A stretch of DNA of 64,000 nucleotides from Felis catus (taxonomy: Eukaryota): NCBI RefSeq assembly GCF_018350175.1, contig NC_058368.1:48610001-48674000 (forward strand), written 5' to 3'. This document shows, piece by piece, positions 1 to 10,550 of the stretch; position 1 is the stretch's first letter, and each line of letters opens with the position of its first letter. The notes beneath the pieces are model-generated. The model was not told where the DNA came from. It ran no database searches and saw only the letters and a list, made by a program, of their open reading frames with translations. Both the position numbers and the translations under genes were made by a program.

Positions 1-44
1 ATGGAATAAAATTAATCCACTTAAAAACCAGTTACAATGGGGCA

Positions 45-255
45 AGTATGATTCCATTCACATAAGATTCAAAAAAGGCAAAACTAATTGATGGTGGTTG
101 CATGTGGAGGGTACTAAGAGATACAAGGGAGACTTCGAGGTTGGTAATGGTTGGTAGTAGGTATATCAGTGTGTCCAACTACGAAAATTTACAGAGGCAC
201 ACCCTATGACTTACATAATTTTTGCACATATTTTATTTCATAAAAGCTAACTTAA
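45..255 (+). mobile_element. Old L1M (L1ME/MC-like) 3' end fragment
   Basis: 'gtatgattccattcacataagattcaaaaaaggcaaaactaat' resembles the L1M 3' UTR; A-rich end. Confidence 0.6.
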
Positions 256-602
256 AACTTTTTTCCTACATGAGAAAAGTTGGTCATACCAATGTGTAAT
301 TTTAAGTCAGATTATCCAAGTTATTGAGTGCTGTCCAGTGTATGCACAGTCATTCCCAAGTGAGCTGTCACTTACAGACCAATTATCAAGTGGGAAGCTA
401 CATGAGGCATTCTTGGCCACAGGGAGGCAAGCAATTAGAAACACACCTGATACTCCAACTCTCTCGAATAACCTTGACACCTAGCAGCAGTTTTTAATGC
501 AAGCAAATTATATGATGTGTTTTCTTTGGAGTTTCTGCTGTTCATAGCAATATGCTGAATTCTTGTAACTGACCACTCAACATTTATGTCAAATTAGATG
601 GA

Positions 603-1036
603 GGGGTCCCTAGGTGAATTAGCTGTTGGGTGTCTGACTTCGGCTCAGGTCATGATCTCACAGTTTGTGAGTTCCAGCCCTGCATGGGGCTCCATGCTGT
701 CAGTACAGACCCCACTTCAGATCCTTTGTACCCCTCTCTCTCTCTGCCCATCACCCGCTCTCAAAAATAAACATTTTTGGGGCACCTGGGTGGCGCAGTC
801 GGTTAAGCGTCCGACTTCAGCCAGGTCACGATCTCGTGGTCCGGGAGTTCGAGCCCCGCGTCGGGCTCTGGGCTGATGGCTCGGAGCCTGGAGCCTGTTT
901 CCGATTCTGTGTCTCCCTCTCTCTCTGCCCCTCCCCCATTCATGCTCTGTCTCTCTCTGTCCCAAAAATAAATAAACATTGAAAAAAAAAATTTAAAAAT
1001 AAAAAAATAAATAAATAAACATTTTTTTTTAAACAC
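603..1036 (+). mobile_element. Older Can-SINE, interrupted in its tail by a younger SINE
   Basis: tRNA-like head, 'ggctcaggtcatgatctcacag', CT tract; flanking TSD ttagatgga (594-602 / 1037-1045). Confidence 0.9.
779..1012 (+). mobile_element. Young felid Can-SINE (SINEC_Fc-type)
   Basis: Near-consensus CpG-rich body, A-rich tail, TSD aaataaacattttt (765-778 / 1013-1026). Confidence 0.95.
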
Positions 1037-1107
1037 TTAGATGGAGAAAACAATCCAATCCTTCTTCCTTAACTTTATAGTACTGCAATACTACCATTAA
1101 CTATTAT

Positions 1108-1286
1108 TTCGGCTCAGGTCATGATCTCACAGTCATGAGATCGAGCCCCTCGTCAGGTTCCTCACTGGGCATGAAGCCTGCTTAAAATTCTGTCTACCCC
1201 CTCCCTCATAAATAAATAAATAAATGAATGAATGAATGAATGAATGAATGAACGAACGAACGAACGAACGAACGAACGAACGAACG
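1108..1286 (+). mobile_element. 5'-truncated Can-SINE with compound tetranucleotide tail
   Basis: 'ttcggctcaggtcatgatctcacag', then (TAAA)4(TGAA)7(CGAA)8. Confidence 0.85.
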
Positions 1287-1829
1287 TACAAGTCTACAAG
1301 ACATAAGCTATGAACTGGAATAAATGAATACTGGTTGAAAGAGGTTGGGTTCTAACTTTGAATTGGTGAACTTAGAAATTTAGCCAAATTTCTCCCTCCT
1401 AGGGGCTCCAAACCTGCTATAGGAATACAATGGATAACTAATGTGTCAACTGTAACTTAGCAAGCCACTTAGCTTTACTATATGGCACTCTGAAGAGAAA
1501 TTCTTAGGGGATCGAAAGGGGACAACAGAGTGAAGTATTTTCACTATTGCTAAAGCTGAGCCTATGGACACACCAGTAGTGACCAATCTGGAGGTGGCCT
1601 TGGAGAATCCTGAAGGTGGGCAGGGAGTATTTCTGTTCTAAGCACAGTTCCATAAAGCACCGCAGTATAACGCAGTCTATCTGGACTGTAAACAATTTCT
1701 TTCCCTACAGTTTTACCACAGCCAGAAATGAAAGCTCAGAAATCAATCTGCCACTTTGTCTTGTATAATTTAAAGAAGTGTATTATTTACAATAGTGCCT
1801 CCACAGTAAAACTATAATCCACAAATCAG

Positions 1830-2010
1830 GTATGTGCCAGGAGATGCAGCAGGTGCTTTACACACATTATCTTAGGTGATCCTCACTGTGAAGAAAGGAT
1901 ATTAACCTCCACTTTTCACGTGAAGAAATGAAGTTTCATGGTTATCAACCTGCACATCCGGCATCTGAACACACTTGTGTCTGATCCCAAAGTCCACACT
2001 CTTTTCCTCA
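1830..2010 (-). mobile_element. MIR fragment
   Basis: Degenerate reverse MIR core ('tgctttacacacattatct...cctcac...ccacttttcacgtgaagaaatgaag'). Confidence 0.55.
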
Positions 2011-2222
2011 TGACACAGTTCCTCTTCCCAGAAGCTTCTGAGCCGTGAGCCCAATGGACGTGCTATGTCAGAACAAACTGATACAGTTACAGATGTGGCC
2101 AGATTTCAGGAATGCCACCAAGCACTCAAAGGGCACAAATTGTCACTGCAGCATTACTTTGTGGATCAAGCAGCCACTGAAGAGACCACTGTTTGTGTTC
2201 TCCAGTCTGAGCAGGAGCCACT

Positions 2223-2244
2223 GGGGGGGGGGGGGGGGGGGGGG
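2223..2244 (+). repeat. Poly(G)22 tract
   Basis: Read directly from sequence. Confidence 0.95.
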
Positions 2245-2942
2245 AGGCTTGCCGGCTGCTACTCCTTGGGCAGCATTTCTCCATGTCTGCTCTGTGGACT
2301 ACAGGATCCAAATTAAAGTGTAACAGAGTTCTCATTTTCCACTGCATTTGGTCTTTAATGTAGGTCTTTAATGTAATATTTTTCTGAGATTTTATGCAGG
2401 AACACTCCCTCCTGCAGTTCCAGAAGCCTAGAAGTTACTGGAAAGTTAACCCTCCTGTTTTCGTAGGACCATGAACACTAACTACAGAGTTCGTCAGGGG
2501 CACTTAGACTTCCTTAAATCACGTTATTCACCTGATGCTCAAATTAGCCTCTGTGCTGCCCTCAATTCAAAACTTACCTTTTCTATTTCCAAGTTATACG
2601 GCCATGGCCTAATCACATCTCTCTAAAACTCAGTTTTTCCACAACCACGAAAAGGGCTGATATTAATGCCCACTTTGCAGGATATCTGTCATGTCTGGAT
2701 ATTCTAAGAAATGCAATTTATAGAAGGCACTCGAGAAAAATACTAGTTATTATTACCCTTTTTTTTTTTTTAATTTAGAAATACTACTTTGGTTTTTAAA
2801 ACACAGAAGTAATATTATTAAGCCACAGAATCTGCTGGAGCCCAAAGGAGATCACATAAGCAGTCATATGAACCTCTCTGGGTATCCTATGTTATTAAGT
2901 CATGCCAATTAAAAAAAGAAGAAGAACAACAACAACAACTAT

Positions 2943-3070
2943 GGGATGCCTGGATGACTCGGTTGAGCGTCCAACTTCGGCTCAGGTCATGATCTTGCGG
3001 TTCATGGGTTCAAGCCCCACATCAGGTTGTGTGCTGGCAGCTCAGAACCTAGAGCCTACTTTGGATTCTG

Positions 3071-3110
<40 letters not shown>

Positions 3111-3125
3111 CCTCCCCCGCTTGCG

Positions 3126-3165
<40 letters not shown>

Positions 3166-3192
3166 AATAAACATTAAAAAAAATTTTTTTTA
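2943..3192 (+). mobile_element. Can-SINE
   Basis: Head, two (CT)n tracts, aataaa and A/T tail. Confidence 0.92.
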
Positions 3193-3749
3193 AGCAGGTA
3201 CTAAAGTCAACCAGATTTCCAGAAAACATACAATAATATGTCATACTCTCCTCTACAAACAGAGAGGTGACAGAAGATGGGTTTACGATTTTTCATAATA
3301 ACATGATCCAAATAAACTAAAACTCACCGAGTAGAATTCATTCTGAAAATCCATCATCCAGAATTCCTGTTTATGGAGATTATTTGGCTCTATTTTTAAA
3401 AACTTAATTACTTAATATTATAGCTATTCCAGAATTAGTCAGACTTTGATTTTCAATAACTTCTACAGTCTCTCTTTTATTGCCTCTTTAATATCATTGG
3501 TCTTATTCCCTTATTAGGAAATCCACATCTTGATCTCTTTCGCTATGAACTTTAATCACTCATTCACTGAATCAACAAGGACTTATCCTCCTTCCACCTT
3601 ATTCCAACTAAATCCCTAGTCTAGTTAAAAATAAAGGACTCTAGGTTTCGGGAAGCAGATTTCAGCATAATAATAAAAACAATTGCCACAAAAGGAAATA
3701 GTATAAAATCTCTGTTCACGGTACTATAGAAACAAAAGGACAAGAACTG

Positions 3750-4069
3750 CTTAATGGTTACACCAGTCATGTGTGTCTGTCTACTGAGCATCTGAAATGT
3801 GGCTGGTCCAAATTAAGCTGTTCTGTAAGTGTGAAATACACACCAGATTTTGGAAAGATTTTACAAAACAAAAACAAAAACAAAATAAACACTAAAATAT
3901 TTCATTTATCATCTTACATGTATTACATGTTGTAAGGATAATATTCTGGAACTACTGGAGTAAGTAAAATAAAATTAATTTCACCTGTGTCTTTTTACTC
4001 TCTAATGTCACAATTAAGAATGCTAAACTTACTTAAGCAGTTTGTGTTATATTCTATTGGACAGTACTG
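3750..4069 (+). mobile_element. hAT-Charlie non-autonomous DNA transposon (MER33-like)
   Basis: 'tgaaatgtggctggtcc...tgtaagtgtgaaatacacaccagattt...aattaatttcacctgt...tctattggacagtactg' matches recalled MER33 consensus including the terminus. Confidence 0.8.
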
Positions 4070-5406
4070 GTCAAGGTGCCACATTTCAAAGCCTTGCACA
4101 ACACACTAGGAATTTTCCTGGCTTCTAATTATATTTTATATAGACCTTAATGACATGTCTACTTTGTCCATTATACTCCCAAAAGGTATGTTTTCTTGTT
4201 TAATCTAGTGTTTAATGTATCTGGATATAAATGTATCACAACATGTACTGTTGATTGAGCACAATCTTGAGCCCCTTGGAGAGCTATAATTGTGCAGAAT
4301 GTATTTGATGCTTGCTGGTACCTGATTTTTATCTCACCAGATTATTAATCTTCAGTTCTTTGAAAACTCTGCAAAGTGATCTCAAAAGTATTGTGTGTGT
4401 CTTCCAAATGCACATTCACACACAGCCATGCCTGCACTCAAGTGTCAAGGGCTTTCCATAATCCTCATAGCCTATTAAAACTAAAAGATTCCCAGAGGAC
4501 CAGAAATATAACCTAGCATCCACTGTTATGTCCCGAGACACAGCTGTATTTCAATTGATAAGATAAAATGTAACATATTCTGCATCACATATCCACTTCA
4601 CTGCTGATGGGAAATGCATTGGACAATATATACATCATTAAACTGAACACAGCCAAGTATATTAAGTTACAGCACCATTTGGAAACTCAGGGCAAACAAT
4701 CCTCCTAAATTTCTAAATGTCAAGCTTACTGACAATAACATTTTCATCTGTTCTGTGTTTACTATTGTTCCTTCCATGTTTCTTCTCAGGCGTTTTTCTG
4801 AGTAAACAAGTTTGAATCACAGAGTTTATGATTTTCATTATGTATAAATTGGTGGAAGAATTCATTCTACATTTAATGAACTTTCCAGCTCTTTTATAGA
4901 CCTGTAACAGTACCTAAAAAACAATCACATATTGTAACTTTTATCAACCCTCATTTCTTTTTTTTTCATAGAGTTGCATATGGAGACCATGTTTTCAGTC
5001 ACAAGATCTCCACCAAATACTCTTCCCCTGCTCGGGTCCAGGGGGTGGCACTTTGTGAGTTAGCATAACACCAGCTGAGACCCATCCCTATCAGGCAACA
5101 GAAGCAGGGCTATACTCAGCAGAAACTGACTCATGAAGAATACATCTTTGACCTCAGAGAAGGGATCTACCTGGTAAAGGGCACAGGGACGTCTTTCTTC
5201 TAAGTCTGCAGGAGGCCTTTAAGAGTTGACTGTATGCGACAGCTTGGTATAAACATGAGGGAGGCCTCATGTGACAGCATTCCTTGAACCCACAACCTAG
5301 GGCATCCTGGAGATGCCAGGCCAAGCGTGAAGTTTACCAAAAAGGCAAATTCAGTGCTTACCACACCTTTTCACGTCATCCTCAACTGTCTGAGAAAATT
5401 AGTGTC

Positions 5407-5652
5407 GGGGCGCCTAGATGGCTCAGTTGGTTGAGCGTCTGACTTCAGCTCAGGTCATGATCTCACAGTCCATGAGTTCGAGCCCCCTGTCAGGCTCTGT
5501 GCTGACAGCTAGGAGCCTGGAGCCTGCCTCAGATTCTGTGTCTCCCTCTCTTGCTGCCCCTCCCCTGCTCATGCTCGGTCTCTCTCGGTCTCAAAAATAA
5601 ATGAAAACATTAAAAAAAAATTTTTTTTAATTAAAAAAAAAAAAAAGGAAAA
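5407..5652 (+). mobile_element. Can-SINE
   Basis: Full body; TSD agaaaat(t/c)agtgtc (5393-5406 / 5653-5666). Confidence 0.93.
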
Positions 5653-6432
5653 AGAAAATCAGTGTCTCAGCATACCCGCAACCAAGCCACCGCATACCAG
5701 GTGGGAAGCTCTGGGCTAATTTATCGAGGGAGCTACAAATCTAAATGCTAACTAGAGCCAGGAGATTGAAACAGGAGTGTGGCCTTTCGAAAAAGCATAG
5801 AAATGGGAGGCAGAAGGATGTCCTCTCTGGAGAAGGCCACTGCTACTCAATTTCTGACCTCTGCCCTACAGTTACATTCAAATGAAATGTAGAATCTGTG
5901 TCCATTTATGAAATTTCCTAGTTTAAAAAAAAAAATGGCTGCACTGCTGGACTGACAAAAACCGGACAAAACAACAACCCCAGCCACACATCAGCCAGTT
6001 TATGATATGTGTTGTACTGGTTTGACCTTCAGATTCAAAACACCTAGGAGGCCAAGGAAATTACAAATTAGAGAGCCCCTAGATTTATCTGGGTCTTTGC
6101 CATGGTGAACCAACAAGAACAGAAATTCACATAAGAAAACATGGTGTTTCTTACAGAAGCATCATTTTTACTTGTAGATTTTTAAAAATTTGTATTAAAA
6201 TAGTGTATGATGAATACAGTTCAAAAACCATACGATTTAAAGTAAAACAAGAGAATCAGAATAAATCTCCTACTTGAGCCAGGCTACTTGCAACCACACA
6301 CCTGGGGTTATTTTCCTCTTCTGAGGTAAAGTTTAAGAAGTAACCTACTGGACAAGCATCTGAGAGGATGACACTCTCTTACACTAGCTCTGAATGAAAG
6401 AAGATTTTCAAGGATTCTTCCATAGTTTGCAG

Positions 6433-6670
6433 TTTTGTTTTTTTTTTAAACATTCGTTTTTTGAGAGACAGAGAGACAGAGAGACAGAGAGAGCGCGCGC
6501 GCGCACAAGTTGGGGAGGGGCAGAGAGAGAGGGAGACACAGAATCTGAAGCAGGCTCCAGGGTCTGAGCCATTGGCACATAGCCCGATGTGGGACTCAAA
6601 CTCATGGACGGCGAGGTAACGACCTGAGCCAAAGTCGGATGCTTAACTGACTAAGCCACCCAGGCACCCC
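6433..6670 (-). mobile_element. Can-SINE
   Basis: Reverse copy: T tail, (GA)n, ends 'gccacccaggcacccc'. Confidence 0.92.
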
Positions 6671-6781
6671 TGAAAGCCCATTTTCAAAAGAATATCAATC
6701 TTTTCTACATTATATCATACAGTGTAGTTATAACTATCAATATTTATATACATGTTTAGACCTTATATGAATTCAACTGGA

Positions 6782-6980
6782 TTTTTTTTTTTCTTTTAAG
6801 ATTATTTATTTTGAGAGAGTGAGTGTGCATGAGCTGGGGAGAGGCAGAGAGGGAGACAGAGGATCAGAAGTAGGCTCTGGGTTGACAGGAGAGAGCCCAA
6901 GGCGGGGCTCAAACTCCCAAACGAGATCATGACCTCAGCTGAAGTCAGACGCTTAACCGACTGAGCCAGCCAGGCACCCC
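6782..6980 (-). mobile_element. Can-SINE
   Basis: Reverse copy ending 'gagccagccaggcacccc'. Confidence 0.92.
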
Positions 6981-7971
6981 CAGAGTTTGAAATTTTTAAT
7001 CAGCCCTGGGCGGCTTAGATTGCTACTTCAAATGTAATTTGCATTCTCAAAATGTTCTAGAAGGTTCCTGGAAGCCTGAACTTCAGCAGTTGAGGCCTGC
7101 CAGCCCAGTGGACAGAGGGCACCCCACTAACACAACAGCACATTCACCCATCGTACACCAATAAATAGTTTTCTTCATATGTTCTGCGTTTGTTTACTAG
7201 TAATGAATAAAACATTAAAATTGCTATTTGGAATATAAAATACTGTAGTTCTTACAAATGGTAAAGTTATGCTGGCTGTAGTTTAGGGTACTAAGGCTGT
7301 TATTTATAGAATAAAACCCATTATCACTACTCAAATATTGAACAAGAATAGTTTGTATTCAAAGATAAAGTTGCCACAGGGGACTATTGATATAGGAAAT
7401 ATGGCTGGAGAGATATGGGATGCATATTAAAATTTATATACCGAAAAGAAAAAATGTATTTAACAGGTATATTTAATATTCTAGTAGCATCGACTGGAAT
7501 TGTTAAAGTTATATTTGCTGACATTTCAATTATAACCTTCCATTTTCAGCGCCTTCAGTTCAAACCAAAAATTTTCTCCAGCCCCGAAAGTAATGTACTT
7601 TATAAGGTTTCAGTTTGCTAATGATTTTTTGGTAGTGTTCAGCAATGGAAACCTTCAGGGAAAAGACCAAAGGCAAATTTGAATGTTTTTCCTCACAGGA
7701 CCACTAAATTTTGAAATGAATATAGTAGGGATTTAAGACAATGCTTTTCCAAATGAAGCAGAGACGCTAAGAGTTTGCCATAGTTCGTTAAATAATAAAC
7801 GATGGAGTCAGGAATCAAACCCAGGGATTTTCACTCCAAATCTATGCTCCTAAGTATTATAGTTTATTGCCTTTGCATTATCATAAGTTGATGGAAATAT
7901 TTCTATATGTAGTAATTTGTATATAGTATCAATACAGCACATACAGTGTATCTAGTATTACATACCTATAA

Positions 7972-8079
7972 TTTTATTTTTTTTTATTTTATTTATCTCT
8001 GCACTCAACATGGGGCTTGAACTCACAACCCCAAGATCAAGGGTCACATGCTCCTCCAACTGAGCCACCCAGACACTCC
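7972..8079 (-). mobile_element. Short old Can-SINE
   Basis: 'ggggcttgaactcacaaccccaagatcaag...ctgagccacccagacac'. Confidence 0.85.
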
Positions 8080-8289
8080 AACTACAATTTTAAACAATGA
8101 TAAAAAATGTTTACTCTTCTCATAATCTATTTCAATATCTTACAACTCTTACTGTTAATGATAACTTAATGGTGCTGTAACCCTCAATGCAATTACAATT
8201 TGTATGTATAATTTTTTGTGCAATTTCTTGAAGCTTCCACTAGATTACATTTTCAAGGGGCATGGGGCATTCTAGGGCTTACTGAAGAT

Positions 8290-8460
8290 GCTTAGCCTCC
8301 CTAGAACCCAATTATCTCAAATATAAAACAGGAATAATAACAGTGCCTATGTTGGAATGGCTCCGGGAATGAAATGCAAAAATGTAAGTAAAGTGTTTAG
8401 CACAATGCCCAGCACACAGGAAGCAATTAGTAAATGTTAGTTATTATCATTATTATTGTT
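8290..8460 (+). mobile_element. MIR fragment
   Basis: 'aataataacagtgccta...tgtaagtaaagtgtttagcacaatgcccagcacacagg...taaatgttagttattat' (MIR 3' half). Confidence 0.75.
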
Positions 8461-8811
8461 GATAACAATTTTACCCACCCTTTGTCCTTGTGACTTGCAT
8501 GGGCTTGGCACATGAGAGGTCCTCAATAAATAATAATAAATTAAAGAATACTTTAAGACTTTTTAAATAACACTCCCTGCCCCCCACCCCTATCCCATAT
8601 ATTTATTTCCACAGCCACTGCTATCTCTCAAACATGATTTTATTTCCTCCACCCGAAACACAACTCCCCATCCTAATTTTCAACTGGCTAACTCCTACTT
8701 TTCCTTTACGTTCTGGCTCCCTTTCTTCTCTTACGGGAAGTCTTTTCTTAAACTGAGAACCTATTATGCACACCTGCTTATGCTTTTTCACTGGACTCTC
8801 TTCTCTCTCTC

Positions 8812-8847
8812 TTTTTTTTTTAATGTTTGTTTATTTTTGAGAGAGAC

Positions 8848-8878
<31 letters not shown>

Positions 8879-8894
8879 ACGAGTGGGAGAAGGT

Positions 8895-8925
<31 letters not shown>

Positions 8926-9058
8926 GGAGATACAGAATCCAAAGCAGGCTCCAGACTGTCAGCACAGAGTCCAATGTGGGGCTTGAACCCACGAATCACA
9001 AGATCATGAGCTGAGCCGAAGTCAGACATTTAATTGACTGAGCCACCCAGATGCACCT
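8812..9058 (-). mobile_element. Can-SINE inserted in an L2 remnant
   Basis: Reverse copy; TSD tcac(t/c)ggactctcttct on both sides. Confidence 0.92.
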
Positions 9059-9231
9059 CACCGGACTCTCTTCTTGTTCCTAACTATCAAAGCAGTTAAC
9101 AAACACCAAGTCCTCCTGATGTTTTTTTACTTGACTTAATACCCCAATAGACTGCAAACTCTTTAAGAAGACACCATTGTTTACGCTGTAAAGGTACAGA
9201 ACATAAGAGATGTTTAAAAAACATGTGTTTA

Positions 9232-9418
9232 GGGTGCCTGGTTGGCTCAGTCGGTTAAACGTCAGACTCCTGATTTCGGCTCAGGTCATGATCTCATGGT
9301 TCCCTGAGACTTCAGCTTCACATCAGCTCCGGGGGCTCTCCCCCCTTTCTGCTCCTTCTGGTACACTCACGCACTCTCTCTTTCTCAAATAAACTTTAAA
9401 AAAAAAAACAAAAAAAAC
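9232..9418 (+). mobile_element. Can-SINE (internally deleted)
   Basis: Head 'gggtgcctggttggctcagtcggttaa', A tail. Confidence 0.88.
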
Positions 9419-9569
9419 CATTTGTTTAATGAACGAACAAACACACATTTCTATCTGAGTAACATTTCCATGATTCTCACCTTCCCCCAAAACATCATAG
9501 TGGATTTGGAATCTGGTTCAATTTTAGAAATGAAAAGGAAAGAGACACTTAAGATGGGTTTTTCTTTTC

Positions 9570-10550
9570 AAATGGACAAAAAAAAGCTTAGACAAACTCG
9601 TCCCAAAAGATAGCCAAATGGCCGTCAACATAGGAAAGATATGCATCAACATTAATCGTTAGGAAACTGTAAATTAAAGACACCAGGAAACACCAATACA
9701 CAGCCATCAAAACGGGAAAAACAGCAAGAAAATATGGGTAATAGCAAGAATACGGGCATCTGGAACTTACATATACCGTTGATCAACATCTAAATTGGTA
9801 CACGTGGGGGACATGGGTGGCTCCGTCAGTTAAGCATCCAAATTTGGCTGGGGTCGAGATCTCGCCATTTGTGAGTTTGAGTCCTACATCAGGCTCGCTG
9901 CTGTCAGTGCAGAGCCAGCTTCAGATCCTCTGTCTCCTTCTCTCTGCCCCTCCCCCACTTGTGCTCTCTCGCGCGCGCGCGCTCTCTCTCTCAATAAATT
10001 TAAAAAAATAAATTGGTACACTGAGGAAAACCGCTCAGCAGTAGCTACTAAAATGAAAATACATTCCTTAAGACTCAGCAATTCCACTTCTAGGAATATG
10101 CCACTCAGAAATATGCACATATGTGTGCCAAAAAGCATTCACAAGAATATCCCTAACAGCTGAAATTGGAAACAAGAAAATGTTCACCAACAGTAAAATG
10201 GATAAGTCAATCTGTGGAAGTTTTTGATAAATTCACACACTGGAATATTATAAAGCAATGCAACAAAAGAACACTATGGATAAATCTTGAAAACATGTTG
10301 AGTGAAAGAGGCTTAACTCCAAAGAGTACATGTTATACTCATGTGGGGTTGAGAGACATAGTCTTTGGTGACAAAAGAGAGATAGTGGCTGACTCTTGTG
10401 GGAGTGGCTCTGACTTGTTCTGGTGGCTGTTGGGTTTATACATTCACTTTGTGGGAGGTCATCCATTTGTACACCTGCGATATGTGTACTGTTCTGCTTG
10501 TGAACTGCGCTTCGGTGAAAAGGTGAACTAAAAATAAATGAATAAATAAA
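9570..10550 (+). mobile_element. Old L1M ORF2-end/3' UTR fragment (interrupted by SINE)
   Basis: 'caaatggcc...aaattaaagacacc', 'cagcaattccacttctaggaatat', 'atggataaatcttgaaaacatgttgagtgaaaga' are typical L1M 3' segments. Confidence 0.85.
9806..10008 (+). mobile_element. Can-SINE
   Basis: TSD taaattggtacac (9791-9803 / 10009-10021). Confidence 0.92.

Noticed and set aside
779..860. tRNA-like A and B boxes at SINE heads
   Set aside because: tRNA-derived SINE heads followed by CT tract and tail; not tRNA genes.
598..1036. ORFs with recurring peptides such as AQSVKRPTSAQV and EREGDTESE (also at 2902, 5418, 8820, 28968, 33208, 35566, 40611, 60365)
   Set aside because: They are translations of Can-SINE sequence, not genes.
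4972..5054. Plus-strand 83-nt exon-like segment (ttttcatag ... gtgagt), open in all frames
   Set aside because: Opposite to the inferred host strand, no partner exons, peptides unrecognised.
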